Source of the DNA: a virus
Virus record (IMG/VR): IMGVR_UViG_3300029996_000144
Strand: one strand, 5' to 3'
DNA length: 36,590 bases
The position numbers and the translations under genes are program-made. Shown in pieces: positions 27,693-35,899 of the stretch; the first letter of the stretch is position 1, and each line of letters opens with the position of its first letter. The notes beneath the pieces were generated by a model, which was given only the letters and a program-made list of their open reading frames with translations, did no database searches and was not told the origin of the DNA.

Positions 27693-29361
27693 CGTTTTTC
27701 TTGTTTTATGGCGCCGATAGCCTCGTGCGCCGGTTATTAATACGTTAAAATGCGATATACGTTCATTCAGCTTAAAATCGGGCTTTGCATCTAAGGATCG
27801 GCCCGCTTACGGGTCGAAATGTTTCGTACCCCTTTCCGATGACAAAGATAAAAGAAATTCCCCGCTTGTCAATAGTTTTTTAATCAATTTTCTTTATACT
27901 TTCTGCGGAAAGTATAAGCGAAACGCTTATTTTGTTCTAAATGTCCTATTTTAGCCGCAAACCTTTGATATACGACGCGAAACTGTTCTAAATACCCCCT
28001 AAAAATTTTTCCATCCCGCGCGACACACCTCGATAAGCCTGCCGCAGACCTTCAAAGGCCCCGATCATGCCGGAAAAGCACCCGAAAACGGCCATTTTGT
28101 TCTAAATAGGAACAAGTCACTTCGAGTCAAATAGCTATAAATCAATAGTTTAAGATAAAAATGTTCAAAACGTGAACAAATTTTTGAAAAATCAATAAGG
28201 CATTTAGGACAAAAAGTGCCCGAAAAACAGCGAAAAAATGGTTATAGCAACAAGGATAAGAAACTGAAAATGTGTTTATTACGAATATTTTGTTGCTATG
28301 GGAAAACTTTCCAAAACTTTTTTGGGATGAATTTTCAAAATGATGAATTTTTGACCCCCGAAAATGTTAGGGGTGTATCTGCTCATAGCAACAAACGGCC
28401 TCTAAATCCTTACAGGTCTGTGCGTTAGGTGTGTTGCTATGAATGTTGCTATGAAATCTTCACGAACAACCGTTTTTTGCTAATATGTTGATATTTAGAT
28501 GCTTAGCTTTAAACAGCTTCCAACGAATGTACAAATGCTTGATTATCAAAATGCTAACTTTTAGATATTATTATAAGCTGCTGAGTATCACTGTTTTCTG
28601 TCGGAGTTCCAATTTTGAACATTTTATGCCTCTCCCGGTTCGGTACGACCGGTCTGATCCGAAACAGCGGAGCGCCGGCGCAGAATACAGGCTAAAAGCA
28701 TAGTCGCAGCGGCGCAATGGCTTGATAATGTGGCGGGTATGCGCTGCTTCGCTCTGTCATGGTCTGCGGCGCCCGAATGGCGCAGCGATTCAATGCGCAG
28801 CGATGCAATGGTGCTGGCCTCAGTGCACCTATCCACACGCGCATGCACGGCGGTATTGATCGTGAGACGCTGGGCCGCTGTTCCATTGCTTCGCTGCTTC
28901 TGTTCACAAAATGAACAGTGTTCCACGTGGAGCAATGGGCCGCTGTTCCATTGCTTCGCTGCTTCTGTTCACAAAATGAACAGTGTTCCACGTGGAGCAA
29001 TGGGCCGCTGTTCCATTGCTTCGCTGCTTCTGTTCACAAAATGAACAGTGTTCCACGTGGAGCAATGGGCCACTGCTCCACTGATTCGCTGCTTCTGTTC
29101 ACAAAATGAACAAAACGAAGGTTCAGTAGGTGAATGAAGCAATGAATCAAAGGGGCAATGACGCAAAGGCGCAGCGAGGCAAAGGTAAACAGGCGGCAGG
29201 GGGTCTGGCGCTGACCAGCATCTTTGAGCCATTTTAACTTTGAAAAAATTCGGGATGGAAAAATTCGGGATGGAAAAATTTGAGAAAATTCAGAATTCCG
29301 ACGAAAAGAACATAAAAAAACGACATTTAGAACAATATTCGATGGAAAAACATTTGGCAAG
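27693..29361. promoter_or_regulatory. 1.67-kb AT-rich non-coding control region between the divergent early and late arms; candidate origin/operator/packaging region.
   Basis: No credible ORF. It contains TTGTTCTAAAT(G/A) x4, TGTTCA-N5-TGAACA x5, GTTGCTATG x5, 65-bp tandem repeats and several perfect palindromes. Confidence 0.6.
28871..29120. repeat. About 3.8 x 65-bp tandem repeat. Each unit contains nested inverted repeats (CCATTGCT...AGCAATGG and TGTTCA-caaaa-TGAACA).
   Basis: Unit starts at 28871, 28936, 29001 and 29066. The first three are identical and the fourth is diverged. Confidence 0.9.
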
Positions 29362-29384
29362 TTGGAAAAGTTTTTTTATATTTG
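29353..29384 (+). promoter_or_regulatory. Bacteroidota-type sigma-A promoter candidate: -33 TTTG (29353-56), 20-nt spacer, -7 TATATTTG (29377-84).
   Basis: Exact match to the TTTG / TAnnTTTG consensus, about 15 nt upstream of the ATG at 29399. An inverted TTGTTCTAAATG site lies 20 nt upstream. Confidence 0.4.
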
Positions 29385-29398
29385 GGCAAAAGAATCTA

Positions 29399-29610
29399 TG
29401 AACAAAGTAAAGAAGCGTCTGGATGCTTTGACGTCTCAGATTCTGGCGAACCCCGCTTTGGGTAAGGATGATGCGATCATATCCGAGCTCAGAGGTCTGA
29501 GGGAGCTGTTGCAGACGTGGCGCGCGTTCTATGCGGTGCAGGGGCAGTACAGCGACGATCTTCCGGAGGGCCCTCGGCAGGTGCGGGAGGCGTCCCAGAC
29601 GTGGGATTAA
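29399..29610 (+). CDS. Small protein upstream of the large terminase; possible small terminase subunit or DNA-binding protein.
   Basis: 70 aa from the ATG at 29399 (ORF open from 29362). The stop lies 3 nt before the terminase start. Confidence 0.3.
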
Positions 29611-29613
29611 GGT

Positions 29614-31041
29614 ATGCCGCTTACGACCGCCATAAGTTTAACCGCCAAGCAGAAGGAGGCATTGGAGCTTCTGGATTCACCGACGCAGGACAAGCTCCTG
29701 CTGCTCGGTGGTTCGGGCTCGGGCAAGACGTTCGTTCTTATATATAAGGCAATTCGGGATGCGCTGCGGTTCAAGGCGCCGGTCTTGGTCTGTCGGAACA
29801 TGTTCGTCGATCTGCGGCAGGGTGTGATGGACCAGATCGTGCCGGCAATTTTACAGAAAATTGCTGAGGCGAATGGTCAGGAACGCTGGGACAAGTGGCT
29901 GATCGATGATCTGCGTTTCGCCACGTGGTCCGACCAGCATTCGCGGCTGTCGTTCTGTACGGGCGGCTACCTCCGTTTCGCAGGTCTGTCGAAGCGCGAC
30001 ATTTCGGAGAGCGGGTTGGACAAGCTCCTGTCGCCGTCGTGGCTTCACATTTTGGTTGAAGAGGTGTCGGAGGTCGAGTACCCGCCGGTCGAGATGCTCA
30101 TTACTCGACTGAGGTACAAGGCCGAGGGATGTACGGGCAAGCTGATGATGTCGGAGAACCCGCCGTCGATGATGCACTGGTCCTACCGCCGCTTCTACGA
30201 GGCGAAGCATGAGGACGGGTCGCCGCTGTCGCATGAGGAGAAGCGGCAGCAGGCGTACCTGCTGATGAACCCGCGGGACAATCGGGAGAACCTGTCGGAC
30301 GAGTACATTCGCAACCTTTCGCAGCTAACTGGTGCGAACCGAAAGCGGTTCTACGAGGGGCAGTTCCAAGACAGCGAGACGGGTGAGATATTCAAGCGGA
30401 TCAGCTGGACGGACCGGCTGCCGATGCCGGAGGAGTGGGAGAAGCTAGTGATCTACACGGACCCGACGCCGCTCACGGGCAAGGACTACTCGGTGTACGC
30501 CGACTACAAGGCATCCGTTCTGTGTGGTCTGTGGAATCATCTGACATTTGTCATCGACGTCCGGTTGGTACGGGGGTCGACGCTGGACATGCTTCAAAAT
30601 GTGAAGCAGCTGTGGGACATATCCCCGAACCAGTCGATCACGGAGGTCTGCATGGAGAAAAAGCAGGTGCCGTCGGACTTCAAGCAGGTGCTTGAACAGT
30701 TCACCTATCTGACGGGCTGGTCATGTACGGTGAAGCTGGACACGCGGATATTCGGGGACAAGAAAGCGGCGATCGAAACATTTTTGCAGCCTCTGTTCGA
30801 GAACGACTTGATTCTGTTCAACAGTGCTTTTCGGGACACGGAGCGGGGGCGGCTGACGCAATATCAGGTGTTGAAGTTCTCGCGTAAGGCGAACAAGCGC
30901 ATCCACGACGACGTTTTGGACGCAATCATGCGGGCGGACACGCTGATGAAGGGGCGCAAGGGCCGCAAGCGGCGGTCGAAGCATACGCAGCTGGTTCAGC
31001 TGGTGCGCCCCGGGTACATATTCGACAGCAGGAATGGATAA
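29614..31041 (+). CDS. terL: Terminase large subunit.
   Basis: Walker A LLLGGSGSGKTF, Walker B ILVEEVSE, C-terminal RNaseH-like nuclease acidic residues (IYTDPT, HDDVLDAI). Confidence 0.85.
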   Translation: MPLTTAISLTAKQKEALELLDSPTQDKLLLLGGSGSGKTFVLIYKAIRDALRFKAPVLVCRNMFVDLRQGVMDQIVPAILQKIAEANGQERWDKWLIDDLRFATWSDQHSRLSFCTGGYLRFAGLSKRDISESGLDKLLSPSWLHILVEEVSEVEYPPVEMLITRLRYKAEGCTGKLMMSENPPSMMHWSYRRFYEAKHEDGSPLSHEEKRQQAYLLMNPRDNRENLSDEYIRNLSQLTGANRKRFYEGQFQDSETGEIFKRISWTDRLPMPEEWEKLVIYTDPTPLTGKDYSVYADYKASVLCGLWNHLTFVIDVRLVRGSTLDMLQNVKQLWDISPNQSITEVCMEKKQVPSDFKQVLEQFTYLTGWSCTVKLDTRIFGDKKAAIETFLQPLFENDLILFNSAFRDTERGRLTQYQVLKFSRKANKRIHDDVLDAIMRADTLMKGRKGRKRRSKHTQLVQLVRPGYIFDSRNG

Positions 31042-31777
31042 AATAGAACAATACACGGAGGAGGAGCTGAGTTCGATGGGCTGGGGGTTCAAGACGGTAG
31101 AGACGCCGGAACCGGAGCCGGCCGAGCAGAAGCCGACGATCGAGATACTGCGCGAGACGTCGGACCAGTACGTCACGCCGTATGTCCGCATCAGCGGCAT
31201 CGAGCTTACGGACAAGCACATCGTCGCGTTCTATCGCAAGATTCACGGCCACTACCGGCGCAAGGGCGCGGGGACCGCCGGCAAAGATATCTACTCGCCG
31301 TACCGCGGCTGGGTGCACCCTTATGACGAGACTTATTCCGCCGGCGGCCGGCAGCGTGCGGGGGAGATGTTGTTTTTCAAGGGCCGCAACACCAACGACG
31401 CGATCATCAAGTCGGAGTTCACGCCGTTGCAGATGAGCGAGGGCGTGTACTACTTGCAGACGCGCGGCCGGAGCAAGAAGGTATGGCTTACCTATGCGGA
31501 CCTCATGCTGCCCTTCTGCTACGGTCAGCACGGCGACCAGTTCAACATAGTGTACTCGGCCGGCCGGCAGTACCGCCACACTTTCCAGTTAGGAGCATGC
31601 CCGACGGGGTCCTTGGGCAAGAGCTCCGTTACGTTCAATGCGAGGGGCCTGGGCTTTGCGCTCTGCGAGAAGGTCTCGGCCAGTGCACTGATCCGTCTGA
31701 CGGACATCGCGGAGTTCTCGCTGGCTCTGACGGTCGTTTGCGAAGACACGCGGCTTCATGCGACGCTGCGGTTATGA
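31034..31777 (+). CDS. Hypothetical protein (247 aa).
   Basis: 8-nt overlap with terL. No motif recognised. Confidence 0.45.
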   Translation: MDKIEQYTEEELSSMGWGFKTVETPEPEPAEQKPTIEILRETSDQYVTPYVRISGIELTDKHIVAFYRKIHGHYRRKGAGTAGKDIYSPYRGWVHPYDETYSAGGRQRAGEMLFFKGRNTNDAIIKSEFTPLQMSEGVYYLQTRGRSKKVWLTYADLMLPFCYGQHGDQFNIVYSAGRQYRHTFQLGACPTGSLGKSSVTFNARGLGFALCEKVSASALIRLTDIAEFSLALTVVCEDTRLHATLRL

Positions 31778-31790
31778 CTTCGGTGCAGGT

Positions 31791-32297
31791 ATGCAGCCGA
31801 TATTTCGGCTGCGGAAAACAGCCGAAAGATCGGCTGTGGTATTGCACCGATCCTTAATGCTGCTGGTCCTCTTTGCAGCGGGGTGTACCAAGACGGTCTA
31901 CGTGCCGGTCGAGAAGACGACGACAGTCGTCAAGACCGAGCGCGACACGATCGTAGAGGTGCGGCTTGAAAAAGAGGTCGTTCACACAAAGACGAGGGAT
32001 ACAGTTGTCACGGCCGAGACGAAGTATGCGGAGGCCGTAGCTCGTTGGGCTGGCGGTGAAGACGAGCGGCTGTCCCTCGATTTGTGGAACAAGGATGTGA
32101 AGGTACCGGTCGAGACGAAGGTCGTCGAGGTGGTCATCAGGGACAGTGTTCCGTACCCCGTCGAGGTCCCCGTCAAGGTGCGGGAGCGCTATGTACCGTG
32201 GTACTACAAGATAGCATGGTGGGCGGCGCTGGCTTGTGTGGCGCTGAGCCTTTTCGGGGTGACGTTGTTGGATATAAGAAAACTTTTGGGACGGTGA
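31791..32297 (+). CDS. Lipoprotein with a C-terminal TM anchor; unimolecular-spanin-like architecture.
   Basis: Signal peptide with positive n-region, hydrophobic core and lipobox LFAAG-C. Pro/Val/Glu/Thr-rich beta-strand-like middle. C-terminal helix IAWWAALACVALSLFGVTLL. Confidence 0.5.
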   Translation: MQPIFRLRKTAERSAVVLHRSLMLLVLFAAGCTKTVYVPVEKTTTVVKTERDTIVEVRLEKEVVHTKTRDTVVTAETKYAEAVARWAGGEDERLSLDLWNKDVKVPVETKVVEVVIRDSVPYPVEVPVKVRERYVPWYYKIAWWAALACVALSLFGVTLLDIRKLLGR

Positions 32298-32371
32298 AAC
32301 TTTATACTTTGGCTACTCAGGGCAGACAAAACGGGGTTTATCTGTGTGACATAGCGATCGTAGAGATTCGT

Positions 32372-32674
32372 ATGAGCGATATGCAAACTGAGGACGCGCA
32401 GAATTACACGATGACAGTGGATTCGGATTTTCAGGAGCTAATCAGAGACGCGACTATGGTGGCTTTGGTGAACGACTTAATGGGGGGTGAGTATACAACG
32501 CTGCTGACTAAAAGTCTCATCCCCGGCGACAACACGACCAGTTTTTCAGCGGTGCAGTGGGCGGGGGATCAGGTACTGGTAGCGTACTTAGTTAAGCACC
32601 TGCCATCGTCCAACCAGGTTACGATGAAGCTGACCCAAATGACGATTCCCACCGGAGGCGGTGGTAACATGTAG
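32372..32674 (+). CDS. Hypothetical protein (100 aa).
   Basis: ATG at 32372. The longer ORF from 32084 overlaps the lipoprotein gene and is unlikely. Confidence 0.35.
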   Translation: MSDMQTEDAQNYTMTVDSDFQELIRDATMVALVNDLMGGEYTTLLTKSLIPGDNTTSFSAVQWAGDQVLVAYLVKHLPSSNQVTMKLTQMTIPTGGGGNM

Positions 32675-33111
32675 TGGACTGGTTGCAGATCATATCAATT
32701 GTTTTCGGCGTTCTCGGTGGCAGCGGAGCGCTCGTGACGTACCTGTTGTACTCGAAGCAGCTGAAACGCTTCAAGAATGCCGAGGCCTTCGAGAAGGAGG
32801 TGCAGGCGCTCAAAGCGGCGATGAGTGTGTTGGAGCAGCAGATAACGTTCCAGGCAGGCCAGATCACGAGCTTGCAGCAGTCCTACGCGGCCCGAGACAC
32901 GGAGGCGAAGCAGTTGGAGCGGTCGCTGCGCATCTGCGAGGTTAAGAACTCAAAGAACAAAGGTGCGATCAACCGAGCTTACGAGTGTACGTTTTGCCCC
33001 GACACGTCGAAGTGCCCCGTCATACTGCAACGGGTGAAAAATGAGCAGGAGCATTTGAAGGCATTAGAACAGCACAATGTTCACAACGACGATACAAAAA
33101 ACGGTAGTTGA
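32674..33111 (+). CDS. N-terminal TM + coiled-coil + C-terminal Cys-cluster protein (i-spanin-like or holin/antiholin-like).
   Basis: GTG start overlapping the upstream TAG. TM IISIVFGVLGGSGALVTYLLY. Heptad-rich middle. CTFCPDTSKCP at the C-terminus. Confidence 0.4.
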   Translation: MDWLQIISIVFGVLGGSGALVTYLLYSKQLKRFKNAEAFEKEVQALKAAMSVLEQQITFQAGQITSLQQSYAARDTEAKQLERSLRICEVKNSKNKGAINRAYECTFCPDTSKCPVILQRVKNEQEHLKALEQHNVHNDDTKNGS

Positions 33112-33652
33112 TCCGGACACGGGCGACGAGCTGCTGTACTCATTCGTAACGACGGGTGAGACGGCCGAGCAGTCGGTTTCGCTCGCGTGTACCTATGCGT
33201 CGATGGTTGAGTATGGTATGGAGGCCGAGAAGTGGGCGCCTGCGGAGATGGCGTTCCCTCGGGAGCAGCTGTACCAGTTCATCCAGCCGCAGCAGCTTGC
33301 GAACATCGAGGCGATGTACCCCGATGCTGTCGCCACGGCCTACCAGAGTGCGCTGGCTTATGTCCAGTCGTACATCGGCGCGATGTTCGATATAACTGCG
33401 ATGCTGGATTCGGAGGACACGTCGTCTACGGCGCTGACGCTTCGTCTGGCACTGGCTATTTGTACGGCGACATACATTCTCTCTTCGTCGCCCCAGTTCT
33501 CGGAGGTTATCGAGCTGCAAAATAAGCAGTTGCATACCCTTCTGAGAGGGTTGAAGAGCGGGAACCGCAACTTCGGCAAGGCCGCGATAGCAGGTGAGCC
33601 GAACGTGCGTGTTCAGGTGGTAAAATTAGAACGGACCGGTGCAAAACCTTGA
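33077..33652 (+). CDS. Hypothetical protein (191 aa), possibly a head-tail connector component.
   Basis: ORF upstream of the portal. No motif recognised. Confidence 0.4.
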   Translation: MFTTTIQKTVVDPDTGDELLYSFVTTGETAEQSVSLACTYASMVEYGMEAEKWAPAEMAFPREQLYQFIQPQQLANIEAMYPDAVATAYQSALAYVQSYIGAMFDITAMLDSEDTSSTALTLRLALAICTATYILSSSPQFSEVIELQNKQLHTLLRGLKSGNRNFGKAAIAGEPNVRVQVVKLERTGAKP

Positions 33653-33660
33653 TATAGAGT

Positions 33661-34995
33661 ATGTTTCGCAACCCGTATAACATAATGAATTTCCACGGCG
33701 TACCTGGGGCTCGCATTCAGGCGTTGCCTCAGAACTACCACTTCGACCTCACGATGGAAACGTGGTGGAGCGCCGTTCAACGTGCGAGGGTCTACTCCGA
33801 CTTCACAGGTCTGGATGCGCTGTACAGCTACCTGCTGAAAAGCAGCACGCTGATCCGGTCGGCCGTCGACAAGCGTTTGCGGCCGTTGAAGTCGAGGACG
33901 TTCGCCGTCATTATCGACGGTCGGGAGGACGAGCGCCTGACGGGCAAGCTGCGCCAGTCTGCATTAGTCCGTGAGCTGATCTACCAGAAGGGCATGGCGA
34001 ACTTCACTTTCGCCCGTGTCATCGGTGTGAATCGGGACGGCACTACCTACATCTACCCGCTTCGGAACCTTGACGTGGTGAACCGTGCGGTTCGTCGTAT
34101 GACCTACGAAATTCAGGACCCGATTCCGGTCAAGTCCCATGTGAACTTGTTCTGGATGCAAAGCTCGTTCCATACGGAGGACACGTTAGGTCTGTTGGAG
34201 CCGGTAGCCCGTGACTACATCAACATGCAGAACGCTCAGAACAATTGGCAGACTGCATCCCAGTTCCTGGCCTACCAGCAGATGGTTATGTACTTCGAAA
34301 ACGGAGACGAGGAAATGGAGCGGGCAGCGACCGAGGCGGCTCAGAACGTAGGCCTCGGCAAAGTCATCGTGTCCGGCAAGTCGACCGACGAGGTGACGGG
34401 CAAGATCACCAAAGACTTGGAGCTGGAAAACATCTACGGAGGTGCGTCGGCCGATACGTTCCGTATCTTCAAAGAGAATATCGAGCAGCTGCGGGGGTTG
34501 ATCATGCAGCTCATTTTGGGTTCATCCCTGCTTGGTATGTCGGAGAAAAACACCAATTCGGAGCGTCTGGTCCGTGCTCACCTTAAACTGTTCCGAGACA
34601 TTACCGAGAGCGACGCGATCGATGTTCAGGACTGGTTCAATATTCCGGAGAACCGGACGAAGCTGTCGTACCTGCTGAACGAACCTGCGTTGGAGCGTGC
34701 GGAGTTCAGAGTGAAGCCGTCGAACTATGTCGACATCGGCGATGTGGACGTATACACGAAGATGTTGAAAGACTTGGGGTTGAAGCCCACCGTCTCGTTT
34801 GTCGAGAAAGTAGGGCTCAGCGCCGAAGATGTGATTATCGATGAAGTCGTTGAGAACACTGGCGAGGGAGGCGAAGGAGCTGAACCGGTACCTCAGAACA
34901 GGAATGCCAAAAGAGGTATCGCAGGCATGGCTGTGGACTTCGCAAAACGCATTCTTAACCGGCACAAATCCGGCGACGGGCCAACGATGGCCTGA
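33661..34995 (+). CDS. Putative portal protein.
   Basis: 444 aa with an acidic C-terminal tail. It sits between terL and the protease-capsid gene. Call from size and synteny. Confidence 0.5.
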   Translation: MFRNPYNIMNFHGVPGARIQALPQNYHFDLTMETWWSAVQRARVYSDFTGLDALYSYLLKSSTLIRSAVDKRLRPLKSRTFAVIIDGREDERLTGKLRQSALVRELIYQKGMANFTFARVIGVNRDGTTYIYPLRNLDVVNRAVRRMTYEIQDPIPVKSHVNLFWMQSSFHTEDTLGLLEPVARDYINMQNAQNNWQTASQFLAYQQMVMYFENGDEEMERAATEAAQNVGLGKVIVSGKSTDEVTGKITKDLELENIYGGASADTFRIFKENIEQLRGLIMQLILGSSLLGMSEKNTNSERLVRAHLKLFRDITESDAIDVQDWFNIPENRTKLSYLLNEPALERAEFRVKPSNYVDIGDVDVYTKMLKDLGLKPTVSFVEKVGLSAEDVIIDEVVENTGEGGEGAEPVPQNRNAKRGIAGMAVDFAKRILNRHKSGDGPTMA

Positions 34996-35000
34996 TCGAA

Positions 35001-35359
35001 TGGGTCTCATCCGAGACAACCGCGGGCAGTACTTCGGGAACGTCGAATCGAGGTTGTCATACGGAAAGCTGCATCGGACGGGCCGGTTGTTGAGAGGTTT
35101 GCGGGTCCGGCGAGACGTGTTCGGGAACATGGTGCGGGTCATGCTCTACAACCGAGTGAGCTATGCCGCGGAGCATGAATTGGGCATGCAGACCGGTAAA
35201 TCGACGGTGTTGAAGCGGCCGATGATACATAATGCGAGCAGCGTCAAGCTCGGAGGGCGGGTAGCTCCGCGGCCCTTTATGACGCCGAGCCCGAAGATAT
35301 TGCAGGCGCCGTATCGGTTGACGACGGCGAAGATTAAAGAATTTGGATGGAGCATGTAG
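35001..35359 (+). CDS. Hypothetical head-morphogenesis-region protein.
   Basis: ATG at 35001, just after the portal stop. The ORF is open from 34841 and overlaps the portal. No MuF motif seen. Confidence 0.35.
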
Positions 35360-35362
35360 GCT

Positions 35363-35899
35363 ATGGTAGGGTATCTGAGTGAAGCGATAGCAGAGGCGAT
35401 TCGTACATGGCCGGCGTTGAAGGACATGAACGTCGTTCCTATTCGGGCCACCGGTGGTACGACGGTTCTTGAAAACACGCCGCTGCCGGCTGTCGCAGTA
35501 CATGTCTCAGGACACGACGGCCGTGGGAACACGTTTTTCGGAGGCGGCATCCGGTTGTATTTCGACGTGGAGCTGTACTACATGCTGCCGATTACGAACT
35601 ACACGTTTTCGAGAGACGGCGGCCACCAAGCTCAGATGCTCGATCTGTCCGAAGAGGTGATACGCTGCATGGAGCAAAGCAGTGTTTTCGACAATATCCG
35701 GCATGAACATGACCTTGTGCTGCAATTCGACCGGATGGACACGGAAACCACCTATGGTACGCAGGGCTCGACGTCGGTAGTCGTCGACCTCCACAAGATA
35801 GTTTACAACGGCTCAGTTGCTTTCGATCCGAAGGACACCCGATTCAGCTGGGCTACGGTGAACGATGTAAGTGTAATGCCAGATTATAAGAGAAAATGA
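35363..35899 (+). CDS. Hypothetical protein (178 aa).
   Basis: ATGA overlap with the downstream protease ORF. Confidence 0.4.
   Translation: MVGYLSEAIAEAIRTWPALKDMNVVPIRATGGTTVLENTPLPAVAVHVSGHDGRGNTFFGGGIRLYFDVELYYMLPITNYTFSRDGGHQAQMLDLSEEVIRCMEQSSVFDNIRHEHDLVLQFDRMDTETTYGTQGSTSVVVDLHKIVYNGSVAFDPKDTRFSWATVNDVSVMPDYKRK

Noticed and set aside
28216-29360. Several 60-110 aa ORFs on both strands inside the control region (e.g. 28216..28428, 28485..28703, 28624..28935, 28730..29044, 29034..29360).
   Set aside because: They overlap each other and the tandem repeats, have no start context, and are repeat-generated. A small regulator cannot be fully excluded.
35001-35359. Considered calling this Mu F / SPP1 gp7-like head morphogenesis protein because of its position after the portal.
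   Set aside because: I could not see the Mu_F signature residues, so it is left as hypothetical.
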